From assembly GCF_006345805.1 (NCBI RefSeq), contig NC_043000.1:135780001-135844000 (forward strand): a stretch of 64,000 nt of DNA, written 5' to 3'. The position numbers and the translations under genes are program-made. Positions 24,991-37,935 of this stretch are shown in pieces. Source of the stretch: Octopus sinensis. Its lineage: Eukaryota. How positions within the stretch are numbered: the first letter of the stretch is position 1; the number at the start of each line of letters is the position of its first letter. The notes under the pieces are model-generated. The model was not told the origin of the DNA and did not search any database. It was given only the letters and a program-made list of their open reading frames with translations.

Positions 24991-25707
24991 TGAAGTGAAG
25001 TGTATACCGCCGGCTACTCTTCAGGCGGTATACACCTCTCAGACAGACAGACCGACAGACCGACAGACAGACCGACAGACAGACAGACAGACAGACAGAC
25101 AGGCACACGCACACACACATTCACACATATAACCAAAAGCAACAATTCTCATATGCACGCGTGCACACATACGCATAATAAAAACACATACAAGTAAATG
25201 TATAGATTTCCCCCAGAAACTTAGAAACTCCGGGTAAAAAGCCATAAAACCCATGCTGAATATTTCTACTTCGTTCGTACTATCTAATAGAAAGATGATT
25301 ACACTCTCTCATGCGCCAACACATTTTGCGTGTGTATGTATGTTTGCGTGGAACTCCTACGTATGTTGTATTTTCTATGCTGGTATATAATGTCTCAAAG
25401 AGTAGCTATTTGTTGTTTCGCCCTAAGTTCTATTTTAATGGACCTATAAGTCTTATAGAAGAGTGTGCATTGAAGTTAATTTGATTTAGAATCCGGTAAA
25501 ACACAGATACATCCTTCGGACAATTTAATACCAATAACTGTTACACTTCAATACCACTTACTCATCTTAAGGAAGCTTTGATATTCGCTTTTAACATTGT
25601 TCTTATACTAAGTAAATTAGCATCGTAATTTCAGCTAAAAAATATTTAATGCAGTTTAACGGCGACCAGAACCTCAGAAGTGGTAAAATCCAAATGAAGT
25701 GTATACC

Positions 25708-25939
25708 TATTTCTTTACTACCCACAAGGGGCTAAACACAGAAAGGACAAACAATGACAGACAAACGGATTAAGTCGATTACATCGACCCCAGTGCGTAA
25801 CTGGTACTTATTTAATCGACCCCGAAAGGATGAAAGGCAAAGTCGACCTCGGCGGAATTTGAACTCAGAACGTAGCAGCAGGCGAAATACCGCTAAGCAT
25901 TTCGCCCGGCGTGCTAACGTTTCTGCCGGCTCGCCGCCT
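25708..25939 (-). mobile_element. SINE family A, duplicated together with its flanks
   Basis: Near-identical to 24759-24990, including the TSD and ~25-35 bp of flank. Confidence 0.9.
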
Positions 25940-26343
25940 TGAAGTGAAGTGTATACCGCCGGCTACTCTTCAGGCGACCTATGATATATTGATGGGTCCA
26001 AGTTACTAACCGTATTAGACTCTTCTAAGCTGAAACAACGGATGACTATAAAGTTTCAGACAATGTCACAATATAATGGTTTGATGCCTTTATACGTAGC
26101 TGCTTAATATGCAACGTTATCTACAGATAAAGTGTCATCAATAGGTACCATGGATCATATAGAATTTACTCCCTTTAAATGCCATTACACCTTACATACA
26201 CACAGCTATAGTACATATTAACTCTTCGAATACAAAATACGAACTATACTTGGGACGTCATAGCGATATCATCTTCTTACTTTGGAAACAAGAAAGCATG
26301 CTGTGTTTGCTCTAATGAAGCCTTCATATTTTATTAACTGGTA

Positions 26344-26662
26344 CTCCGTCGCTTACGACGACGAGGGTTCTAGTTGATCCAATAAACGGAACAGCCTGCT
26401 CGTGAAATTAACGCGCAAGTGGCTGAGCACTCCACAGACATGTGTACCTTTAACGTAGCTCTCAGGGAGATTCAGCATGACACAGAATGTGACAAGGCCG
26501 ACACTTTGAATTACAGGTACAACCAATTTTTGCCAATTGAGTGGACTGGAGCAACGGGAAATAAGGTGGTTTTTCAAGGACACAATGCGTCACCGGGAAT
26601 CGAACACACAACCTTACGATCGTAAGCTGATTACTCCTAACCACTAAGCTACGCGCCTTCAC
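26344..26662 (-). mobile_element. tRNA-derived SINE family B
   Basis: Minus-strand head GTGAAGGCGCGTAGCTTAGTGGTTAGG...GTTCGATTCCCGG, tail GAACCCTCGTCGTCGTAAGCGACGGAGT. A second copy lies at 58806-59125. Confidence 0.88.
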
Positions 26663-26745
26663 GCTTATTTTATAAATTACTCAGCTTGAAAAGAGAATGC
26701 TTATTTTTTACAAACAAAATTTTAAAGTCTTTTAAATTTTATAAA

Positions 26746-26970
26746 AGGCGTGCTTATGTAGTAAGAAGCTTACTTCCCAACCTCAGGGTTCCGGGCTCAG
26801 TCCCAATGCGTGGTGCCTTGGGCAAGTGTCTTCTATTATAGCCTCGGGCCGACCAGACTCATGTGCGTGGATTTGGTAGGAAACTGAGAGAAACCCGTCG
26901 TATGTATGTACGTATATATATATATGTATATATATATATACATGCATATATGCACACACACACACACACA

Positions 26971-27048
<78 letters not shown>

Positions 27049-27631
27049 GCTGAAGGCGCATGGCTCAGTAGTTCGAGCGTCGAGCTTACGAACGTGAGGT
27101 TGTGAGTTCGAATTGCGGACCTAGCTGCGTGTTGTTTTCTTTAGCAAGACACTTTATTTCACGCTGCTCCAGTTCACTCACCTGTAGAAATGAGTTGTAA
27201 CGTCACAGGTTCCAAGCTGTATCGCCCTTTGCCTTTCCCTTGGATAACACTGGTGACGTGGAAAGGGGGGGGTGCGGTATGCATGGGTGACTGCTGGCCT
27301 TCCACAAACAACCTTGCCCGGACTTGTGCTTGGGAGGGTAACTTTCAAGGTGCAATCCCATGGTCAGTCATGACCGAAGGAGGTCACAGCATGTATGTAT
27401 ATATCTATGTATGTATGACTGTTTGTCACCCCCTCCACCGTTTGAAAATCGGAGTTGGTCTGTTTGTGTCCCCGTAACTTAGCAGTTCAGCAAAAGAGAT
27501 CGATAGAATAAGTAGCAGGCTTAGAAAGAAAGTACTGGGGTCGATACATTCGACTAAAAATTCTTCAAGACGGTGCCCCAGCATGGCCGTAGTCTAATGA
27601 CTGAAACAAGCAAAAGATAAAACAAAAGATA
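26746..27631 (+). mobile_element. SINE family C, split in its internal microsatellite by a family D SINE
   Basis: The 5' half (26746-26900) and 3' half (~27390-27631) match the two halves of intact copies at 51333, 57686 and 62823. Confidence 0.85.
27051..27385 (+). mobile_element. tRNA-derived SINE family D (nested)
   Basis: TGAAGGCGCATGGCTCAGTAGTT...GAGTTCGAATT (A/B boxes), then AGCAAGACACTTTATTTC as in family B, then a different body and tail. Confidence 0.8.
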
Positions 27632-27779
27632 ATTCTTCCCAGGTAAGGTAGTAAATAGTAATCTAGTACATTCTTTCGGTTGACTGCAAATTTATTTCAG
27701 TAAGGCTTATTTAGCATGATACAGATCTATTATGAAATTACCTCATCCATTATATTTCATTTATCAGCATTGTATTATA

Positions 27780-28116
27780 CGAGCAAAACGCCCCCCGTTC
27801 AATGAGTTGTCAAACATTTAAACCAAATTTTCTCAAAATAACTTGTCCGACCGTCCCATAGGCCTCCCCTTTGAGAAACACGGATTTAACCTAAATTTGA
27901 GACAGTGCGTACAAATGCAGGTTCCCACGGCTTTATCGATTGCATTCTCACCTGGAATCGATTTTTGTACTTTTTTCAAGACGTATTCACGTCCTGATAC
28001 CGTCGGTATCTACATATCAAATTTGAGCGCAATCGGATGGAGGATGCCCAAGATCCTAGAAGACACAGACAGACACACAGACACACAGACAGACAGAACG
28101 GATTATATATAATAGA
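27780..28116 (-). mobile_element. Non-autonomous Helitron-like element
   Basis: The minus strand starts A|TCTATTATATA with a (TGTC)n tract and ends CTCG|T (degenerate CTAG). Same layout as 4875-5488. Confidence 0.6.
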
Positions 28117-28131
28117 TGTGCATGTATGTGT

Positions 28132-28177
<46 letters not shown>

Positions 28178-28742
28178 AGAGAAGGTCGAAACTGTCGAGA
28201 GAACGTGAACAAATGTTCTTTAGGAATAGCTCGAAGCACACACATAATGCTATAAATGATAGTCTGTAAATATTGGGTTGAAAATTCTTTTTGGATAGAA
28301 AAAGACCAAGGCTGCTCTTATGTATATTTATTTATCGTATGAAATAGACCAATATATGAGTAAGATTACATACCAAACCCAAATACATAAATTAATCAGA
28401 TAATTTTATTTAAACTAAAATTGAAAGCCGTCTCAGAAGTTGCTTGCGACTATGTTTTTTAAAATTGTTTATTTGATTTGAGGCGGTTGCTTGAGTGTAC
28501 AATTGTGTGAAGGTACATATGAACTGCATGATTATGCATGTGAACGTGTGTTTGAATTTATTCTTCCCTTCTTAGATTTTTTTTCTTCTTTCGTAGATTT
28601 CTGGATGTCTAAACGTAGGTGTATGACTATATAGATAAGTGGGTTGGTGTAGAAAAATTAATTTATATATATGTATATGCGTGTGTGGCGGTAGTGGTGT
28701 AGTTGGCCTATGAGCTTTTCAGCCCACCCTCGTGTGTGTGTG

Positions 28743-28773
<31 letters not shown>

Positions 28774-28781
28774 TTGTGTGC

Positions 28782-28828
<47 letters not shown>

Positions 28829-29229
28829 CGAGTATGCTAGTACGCACGGTTGCTTTTCTCTGATCGAGTTCCTGATTGCTCTCACCTCTTAATGTCTGAC
28901 AGCTTAGAAAGTCGAAATCTTATTTTCCTTAGATATCCTGACTACAGTGTTTTCTTTTTTTCTCTTCTTTATTTCACTGATAACATTAAGATAATAGCTT
29001 TCTTTTTCTTTTAAGAGAGCAAAAATTGTTCTCTTAAGTTTGTGTACAGTTCTGCCTGAGTATTGTCAATCAATTGAAGTTGGTAAATAATATTGGATTG
29101 AATTACTTCTTTCTTCTGAGGATCTGGCGTTTCAATGTTATTATGCAAACGTCAACGTAACGATTATTGCATAACATACTAGTATTCGCTAGTGAAACAC
29201 GTCTGAAGATTACGATATTATGATAATAA

Positions 29230-29323
29230 GGCAGCGAATTGGCAGAAAAGTTAGCACGCCGGGCGAAATGCTCCTTCCACAAAATTTCGGGCCTTGTGCC
29301 TAGAGTAGAAAAGAATATTATTA
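29230..29323 (+). mobile_element. Internally deleted SINE family A-like fragment
   Basis: Head GGCAGCGAATTGGCAGAAAAGTTAGCACGCCGGGCGAAATGCT is joined directly to a tail also seen at ~53465-53505. Confidence 0.7.
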
Positions 29324-29376
29324 TAATAACAAAATTCTCGTGTTTTATAGCCACTCTCGGATATACAGGAGAGGGG

Positions 29377-29589
29377 CTTTCTCCGTCCTGGTTGCGGATC
29401 CGTGGAATAAGCTGCCAGACGAGATGGTGAAGATGCCGACGACCGCTCGGTTCAAAGTCTCCCTTGACCTCAAGTGGCCTGAACTCTTTACATGAACACC
29501 ACCCTGTACATAACTCCATGTCCCCCTACATGGCCTTGCTTTTTGCTTTTTGAGCCAAAAAATTGACTAACTAACTAACTACCTAACTA
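29377..29589 (+). mobile_element. 3' end of a CR1-type LINE
   Basis: Translates GAFSVLVADPWNKLPDEMVKMPTTARFKVSLDLKWPELFT* (the CR1 ...WNxLP...FK..LD C-terminus). Short 3' UTR and (CTAA)n tail. Confidence 0.8.
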
Positions 29590-30315
29590 TTCTGTAAATT
29601 ATTGAAATGCATATAATACCAACAAGAAAATCGGAAGACAAATTTTAATAATCGATCGGAATTTGGATGTACAATGATTTCAATGGAGTCCTAAACGATT
29701 CATCTGTTATAAAATTGACATCATTTGGTTGCATTCCGTAAGGGTGTCTGCTCAGCCTATGAACTTTTCAGAGGACCCTCGCACGTGCGCGCACACACGT
29801 GTAAACAAAACAAATTTGTTTCGAAATTATCTGTCAGGCAGATAATTTATAGTCGAGTCTGCTGCGTGTCTGACGATATATGCCTAGCTTGCGAATAAAA
29901 GTATAAGGGGATAGTGGCTGTTTGCGTGGTGATTGCGTTTTATTGGTTAATTTTCAGTCATCAACCAACAAACGATAGTTTGGCATGGAACTGTCTTCGT
30001 GCGTGCTTGTTCTGCTTGACGTGTCGAAGTGGAAGAAGCCAATGGGTGTACATCTGTGCGTGTGAGCTTCTTCTTTTGTGTGTGTGTGTGTGTGTGTGTG
30101 CGTGAGCGTGTTATGTTTTTATGTATTTATGAGTGTGGAATGTAGATGTAACAGAAACAATGTCGCATTTTAAACTTGAGAAAAGCCTTGTATATTTGTT
30201 CTTACCTGCTTCATTTATCTAAATAAAATTCACAAATTACCAAAAAAAAAACGAGATCAATATCATAAAAGCCATATTAGTTATAATAATCGATGTGCTT
30301 TTTCTTTTTAACCAC

Positions 30316-30457
30316 CAAAGAGTCGAAATATTGCAACATGCATCAAAAAGCCGAAATACTGCAAAATGCATTAAAGAACAGGAAAATATTGCAACATGCA
30401 TCAAAGAACCGAAATATTGCAACATGCATCAAAGAGCCGAAATATTGCAACATGCAT
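30316..30457. repeat. 28-bp minisatellite, ~5 copies
   Basis: Consensus CAAAGAGCCGAAATATTGCAACATGCAT, head to tail with no spacers. Confidence 0.9.
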
Positions 30458-32168
30458 GGAGAAAAGAAAGAAATGTAAATTGACACTTACTATTGATTAA
30501 AGGAAATGCAAAAGAAAGAAATGCAAATGACATTGACTCCTTTCATTTTAAAGCTAAATTAAACAAGATCTGTAGAACTATACAAGAAAACGCTCACACA
30601 CTCACACACACACACAAGAAGTAACACACACTCACACACATAAGAACAAATACGCACACGCTCACACACAGAGACGTATACCCATTTGTTGCTGAAAAAT
30701 ATTGGAATTATAATATGTTGTACATTCTGTGGTATCCTTTTATCACAACAAATTTGTTTAGTTCATCAAAATTAAGTTATATTAAAAATTTATTAAGTTA
30801 AATTATCGCATTCTCAGTTTTAACAAAATAATTGTCTACAAATCCTAATGACATCTTTACGCAATTATTCAATCTACGAATGATAATTTTTATAAATTTA
30901 CAAGTAATGAATCAAAAATAATTTAGTAATAATTTGTTTAATTCGATAACTATTTCATTAATATGTGTCTCATAATGCGAATTATCTTTGCTTATAATTA
31001 TTTCGGTTTTATACTTTCGCTATTATATAGATTCAACTTCATCATAAATCCATTTTTTATTTATTATTATGGTAATCTGCATGCAGATATGATTTTTATA
31101 TGATTTTTATATGCTTTGGTATGAAGAGTATTATAATGAATTTATTTATTCGAAGTTAAGGATCATATTTTGTACATTTTTAATTTTTTATATTAAGAAC
31201 CCGGTTTAATAATTATCGTGATATCGTAATTCACACATGAGTCTCTTTTCGTTTTGAGAGGCCACAGATTGTACAACATCTAGGGATTTCAATATTTTTT
31301 CAGAAACAATGCTAGTCCCATACATTTTAAGGTTTATTATGACATTCTGTAACCCTTTTGAGCGTGTGGATTTCTCAATTATAGTCTAGTTATGAGCCAA
31401 CTCTGCCTTTGTATACTGTGTGATGTTTGTAACTACGGAGACCTGTAGAAAGTGATTTTGTCTAATACTATTTTTTGTCACGGTTTTCTTTGCCGAAGTA
31501 TAATGGCAGCTGGTTTCTAAATACTGGTCACATGACATGTAACTTAAATTGCACTAAAAGATACACAGACACACACACACACTTATACACACATACACAT
31601 ACACACATATACGCGCAAATGCACACATATACATGGACACACGCACAAGCACACATATACATGGACACACGCACAATTGAACTCACACATGTCCACACAT
31701 GAATATAATATTAATGTAGTAGCCGTTTACTTCGAAATTTTAGAAACTCTAATCCTTCATTTAGTGTCTACTTAGTGTACATAGGTAGACATGCAAAATA
31801 TGTTTAGTGTACATATGGATATACATACATAGACCAAGAATCACTTTCTATTGAAAGAACTGACCAGCTGTATAGGAGTAAACACATTTTTCTTCTTTCA
31901 CTCTTCTTTCTTCCTTTCCTTCTCTTTTCCATTGACACTCCTTTCAGATACAAAGGCACACACATGCACTCTCTCTCACTTTCTCCCCATTCATCACCCT
32001 CTTTTACTATCCTATATCTCTCTCCACCCCTACACACTCAATAATACTATAAAAAGAGACAAATCTCCTAAACAAAAATCTGTAAATATAAAACCATCCA
32101 GATTTCTGAGTACCTTATTTCTTCTAATATATAATACCTGTACATCATCTCCAAAAACCTTTTTAATA

Positions 32169-32201
<33 letters not shown>

Positions 32202-32224
32202 GTTCATACGCATACAAATGAATT

Positions 32225-33416
32225 TTGGGTCATCCTATAAATAATGTGGTTTTTTCAATTGTATGTACTAAAATTCGGAGGGGACGGGATAAACTACCTG
32301 TATCAACTTGCTATAAAAGCAGGTAGTAATTTTACCTTGTCCTTATTCTTAGTATAAATTTTGACGAGTGCATTTCGATTTTAACAGTTATTTTTTCAGA
32401 GATTTAATAGAAGTGACAAAGGAGCATATTCGGTAAATTTTGCTTTAGTTAAATAAAGGCAGCAACTCAACGGAAAGCACGAGGAATTTTAATGCAGTAT
32501 AATGGTGTCGAACAATAAGCGTAAGCTAGAATCAACGACGGTCCCAGAGATTCCGAGCCGGAAACTACAACTTAGGAGACTAGCCTCGTCCTGGAAAATC
32601 TGTAGAGCACAACGAGGACGTCCTGCAAACCCTAATCGAACAAAATCTCATCGTAGCTGTTGAGGAACTAGTCAAGAATCTTGGAATTTGGTCATTTAAC
32701 CATTCATCGACACCTGCATGTCATAAGCAAAGCCAACAAATTAGATCAATGGGTTCTTCACAAACTTTCTGAGTCTAATCGCATGCAGTGAGTGAATGTA
32801 TGCACTTCTTTGCTGTCACGTCTCACGAATGAACCTTTTTTGGACCGAACAGTGACTGGTGAAGCAAAATGGGTTCTCTCTAAAAATATCAAGCGCCGAA
32901 GACAGTGGGTAGGGAAAGGAGAAACACCGGCAACCCAGGCTAAAGAAGGTCTTCATCCATATAAGGTGTTATCTGTTTGGTGTGATATGAAAGGTTTAGT
33001 CCACTTTGAACTTTTAAGCCCAAAACAATCAATAACAAAGGAGATCTGCTGCGTGCAACTTGAGCGGCTTAAGTCAGCGCTAGAAGAAAAACGACCATCT
33101 TTGGTTTCAAGACGAAAGGTGTTCTTCTATCAAGATAATGCTCGGTCACATACAGCAAGGATTAAATTCCTGCAATTCTCAAAATAATTTGGACGGAAAA
33201 AAAATGACTTCTGTAGACGCGGTCAAAACAGTCCTGGAGGAGTTTTTCATCACGGACAATTGAATTTTGGAAGAGGGGCTTTGCAAGTCTGCCAGATAGA
33301 TGGAAGAGCATTGTAGAAAATGAAGGAGAGTAAATTTTAGATTAAAAAAGAACTTTATCTCAATTATGAATAGTAAAAGAAGAGTAAAAAACCGCATTAC
33401 TTATGGGGTGACCCAG
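32225..33416 (+). mobile_element. Mariner transposon relic with ~30-bp TIRs
   Basis: TIRs ttgggtcatcctataaataatgtggttttt and aaaaaccgcattacttatggggtgacccag|TA. Transposase remnants WVLHKLSE, FLDRTVTGEAKWV, LHPYKVLSVWCD, QDNARSH. Stops and a deletion are present. Confidence 0.93.
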
Positions 33417-33465
33417 TATACATATATATGCGTGTTTAGTTATATTTACATACACATTTGCATAA

Positions 33466-33510
<45 letters not shown>

Positions 33511-33511
<1 letters not shown>

Positions 33512-34293
33512 CCTTAAATCCTTAAATCCTTAAAAATGTTTTAGCCCGAAGGCCGCGGCCATGCTGGGGCACCACCGCTGAATGAGCTACACTAGTTTGT
33601 GAATCCACCTCTGATACGTGGCACTTGATCAACAAGGGAGTTCGATGCTGCTGCCCGCATCCGTGTCTCCTGTCGTGAGGTAGGTTCATCTGGGACTCCC
33701 AACAAGAAGAGATCCAGTTTAGTTTTAAAGAAACCCACATCCACACCATGTAAGTCTCTCAGGCATTTAGGGAGGATGTTAAAGAGCTGTGGTCCTCTGA
33801 AACCCAAGCTGTTGCAGTATCTGGACCTGTATTTTGATGGTGATGTTGGAATCCTTGGCACCACGCAGCGGCGCCCCGTTCTGCGGTTGGAGTAACTTTG
33901 AATGCCAAAGTTTGGGACAAGACCCTCCAGGATTTTCCAGATGTATATCACTGCATATCTCTCCCGCCTCCGCTCCAGGGAGAAGAGGTTTAATACCTTC
34001 AGTCTTTCCCAGTAGCTGACATTTTGCATTGAGACGATTTTCTTAGTGTAGCTTCTCTGAGTTGCTTCGAGTTCTGCTGTTTGTTTTATATTGTGTGGTG
34101 GCCAAAGTTGGGAGCAGTAGTCCAAGCGGCTGAGGACAAATGTTTTCCATAGGACCATCAGTGTCTCCTTCTCTCTTGTTCTGAAAGTTCGGAGAATCCA
34201 TCCAGCTAGCCGTCTGCATTTTATCACCAGATTAGCAATATGCATTTGGAAAGATGCATCATTGCTCATGTCAATGCCCAGGTCACGCACTGA
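33511..34293 (-). mobile_element. 5'-truncated CR1-group LINE with intact ORF2 C-terminus and (AAGGATTT)n tail
   Basis: ORF 33592-34290 reads RDLGI...RLDYCSQLW...LEATQR...YWERLKVLNLFSLERRRER...FNILP...FKTKLD. Short 3' UTR and 8-bp tandem tail, inserted in (TA)n. Confidence 0.93.
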
Positions 34294-34401
34294 TTTTGTC
34301 TATGTATATAGGTATATATATATACACATGCATATATATATATACATATATATATATATGTCTATGTATATAGGTATATATTTATACAGGCATATATATA
34401 T

Positions 34402-34464
<63 letters not shown>

Positions 34465-36713
34465 GCTGTGTGTGTGTGTGTATACACTCGCGTACACAGA
34501 CACACAAACACATAGATACACCCACACATGAATACGCCCACACATACATACACACATATATATATAATATATATATATATTATATATATATATATATATA
34601 TAATATATATATATATCGAGAGAAAGCAAGGAAATGAGAGGGGAGATAGTCAGATTGTTATGGCTTTGCCTGGGAGTAATATACTATGATAAATGCATAA
34701 TTTCTGTCAGAGATAACACACATATAAACTAAACAAAATACATGCATCCCAGGCAAATATGCATCTATATTTTAAAATTGATACTAATGATATTTGATTT
34801 GATAGTACAGTCGTATATCATTTGTTTTTCTTTACTCCTTTTTTAGTGCTATATTCTCTCATTCGCTTACTGCTGTTTGGGCCATGTTTTGATAACACAA
34901 TGTATTCGTCAATTATAATTTCGAAATTTTGTTGAAGAACATCTAGCAGATGCATAGTATGCAAGTATCTAACAGGATAATTATATACCTATTTTATATG
35001 CTTGAATTTCATCTAAATTTTTGTTTACAAGTATTTTATCTTGTATATCAGTATATTAATGATAGTTAATTTCTCCAGGCCTAGTTGGTAAATACTTTTC
35101 TTTCATTTTTAATATGTATGATAGATAATCTATGATAAAATGTATATTTTTGTATAAGATAAAACAATTTATTAAAATATATAAAAAATAATGCTTATAT
35201 TAGAATTTGTTTATAACATACAATTACACTTCAGAGATGATGAAAGAGTTGATATGACGCTCATGCTTACTCCAATGTAGTTCCTTGGTTTCAGCTTTTC
35301 TACTTGCCTAGGGATTATATTTCAAAATAAGGAAATCTATTGGAGTCCTTTTAATTTAGAATGGTTTCAGATCTATAGTGGGCTTGATTTTTAAAGGTAG
35401 TATATTTTTGTGAAAGTATATTTTTTGGTTTTTAATTCCGACGGAAAGTACATTTTTGAGTGTCGTTTAGATGATCATTGACCGTAAATGATTTCCCAAT
35501 CTATTTCATATGTTCGAGATATTCCTTTTCTTCTTTATTTTCTATCGAACACATGTAAGTTTACATAGAGTCAAGTACCTTATTCAAGAGCAGTGCTTAT
35601 TGCCTGTGGATATGAATATCATTGTGATTCTTTAACAAAAAAGGCCGATACTTTATCTCACCAGCCATGTGGAAACTCTACGATATACATTCTGAATTTT
35701 AAAAAGGCTGCAGAATGCCTGTATCTTAGAGTTTACACTTCGACTATAATGTAAGCGATTATTTCTATAGTCTGAGAAAAATAGTATTAAAAATAGTGAA
35801 CTTTAGTCAATGTATTTAGCCCTAGCGATGACTTGTTGGATCCAGATATTGAAATGGTAACTGCTTCTATAAGTTACACTTCATGTTCAGCACAACGTTG
35901 GGCAGTGAGTGTAAATATTGAAAAGGATAACTGATTAAATTCCATGACAACCCTTATGGTTAGCTTCAGGTCCTAAATAGAATTCACTTCCATCATTATT
36001 TGAGAATAAGGAAGAAACACTTTATTGAAGAAACACTTTATAGAAATATCGACAGAGCTCTTGAAAACGTCAATATATCGATCCTGTAGACAATGTATTC
36101 AGTTCTCCCTTATGAAAGTTGTTGAATTTCATTACTATTTTGAGTGAGTAGGAAGTATCGATGAAAAAAGTCAATGACTACACAGGTTGATATTTCAAAA
36201 CGAGGAGACAGAAAAATAGGCTTTTACTAACGCAGGAAAAATACTTCTGCTTGATACGCCTTACGAAATCAACTGCTTTCCGAATAGATGCTCCTTGTAG
36301 CCTTGGATAACTCCTTCGAGGGAATATAATCGAATGCTACTCGACGAATCTTTAGGCAAACGTTAACCTCTGATCAATGTAACGATTTCCACCATTAAAT
36401 ACCTTTCGCAACTTCATATCAGCCCTTTTCTACTTCATACGCTCAGATTAAGAAATAAGACACATAATAAATATTTCCCCATTCTAAAATACAGGGACAG
36501 TAATTAGCACAGGTGAAGGTGTTGCGTGTGCTACAGACTAAGTGGCATGAGTTTTTTTTAGAAGGAGAAAGCATATTTGTGCACACAGGAAAACTGAGCT
36601 AGAGTTTGCATAGAAGCCCTGATCCACTTTTAACCTGAATGCCGATATAAAATTCCCCGCTTAGATAGATACTAAAGCAGTACCCAGCTGGTTTGTTATA
36701 GTGGATAGTAGAA

Positions 36714-36941
36714 ATCCTATTTCTTTACAACCCACAAGGGTCTAAACACAGAGGTGACAAACAAGGACAGACAAACGGATTAAGTCGATTACATCGACCC
36801 CAGTGCGTAATTGGTACTTATTTAATCGACCCCGAAAGGATGAAAGGCAAAGTCGACCTCGGCGGAATTTGAACTCAGAACGTAACAGCAGACGAAATAC
36901 GGCTACGCATTTCGTCCGGCGTGCTAAAGTTTCTGCCAGCT
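36714..36941 (-). mobile_element. SINE family A
   Basis: Matches 24759-24990 along its length. Confidence 0.9.
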
Positions 36942-37447
36942 AAATCCCAAGTGCCACTTGTGTAGTAGCATCATATGCACTGTTCTAAATAGTAAACAGG
37001 GAAACAACAACATAAACAGAATAAATACAAAAGACCCTCCCCGCCCCAGGCATCGACTGCAGCTGAAGCTGTACATAACCTGCATCAAATTGACCACTTT
37101 CTGATAATATGTGAAGATCAAGGTCATGAGTACAATCTTTTCCTCTTGAGCAGAACCATAATAAAGTATATATGACCTTTGGAAAAGTTTAAATTGCAAA
37201 AGCTAGTTTAAACTAAAGCTGGGCTTATCGACAAGCATTGGATTGTTGACCAAAGGCTCAATATTTCGTAATCTGTGTCCGGTGAAGCAAAGAGTCTGTG
37301 GTTAAAATTAAATTCTTCACTGAATTTATGCGCTTAGCTGTAACTAGAGAGGTATAGTAAGAATCATGATTACGTTATTGTACAATCAACGAGTTTTAAT
37401 AAGTGGGAAGCATTTAAACATCTTTCGTTAGTTAAAAGACGTCTATA

Positions 37448-37494
37448 GTCACGCTAATCTGTCACGCAAATCTATCACGGTAATCTGTCACGCT
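37448..37494. repeat. 13-bp tandem repeat (GTCACGCTAATCT), ~4 copies
   Basis: Direct reading. Confidence 0.75.
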
Positions 37495-37684
37495 GTGGGA
37501 AGAGGATCGTGAAAGTAAGTGTACGAAAGAGAGAGTGAAAAAGTGAGAGAGAAAAAGTGACAGGGGGACATACACAGATTAAAACAGATGCTACTGGCAT
37601 CTACACTCAACAAGATATCTTTCTCTATCCATCTTCAATTATATAAAAGTGCTTTGGGGATGATAAAAGTGTGAGTGTGATAGA

Positions 37685-37935
<251 letters not shown>

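Noticed and set aside
30316-30457. CRISPR-like array
   Set aside because: The units are head to tail with no unique spacers, there are no cas genes, and the context is eukaryotic.
35200-36420. Old LINE RT remnant (DF.KAY-like motif near 36260, minus strand)
   Set aside because: It needs a frameshift and no second motif could be confirmed.
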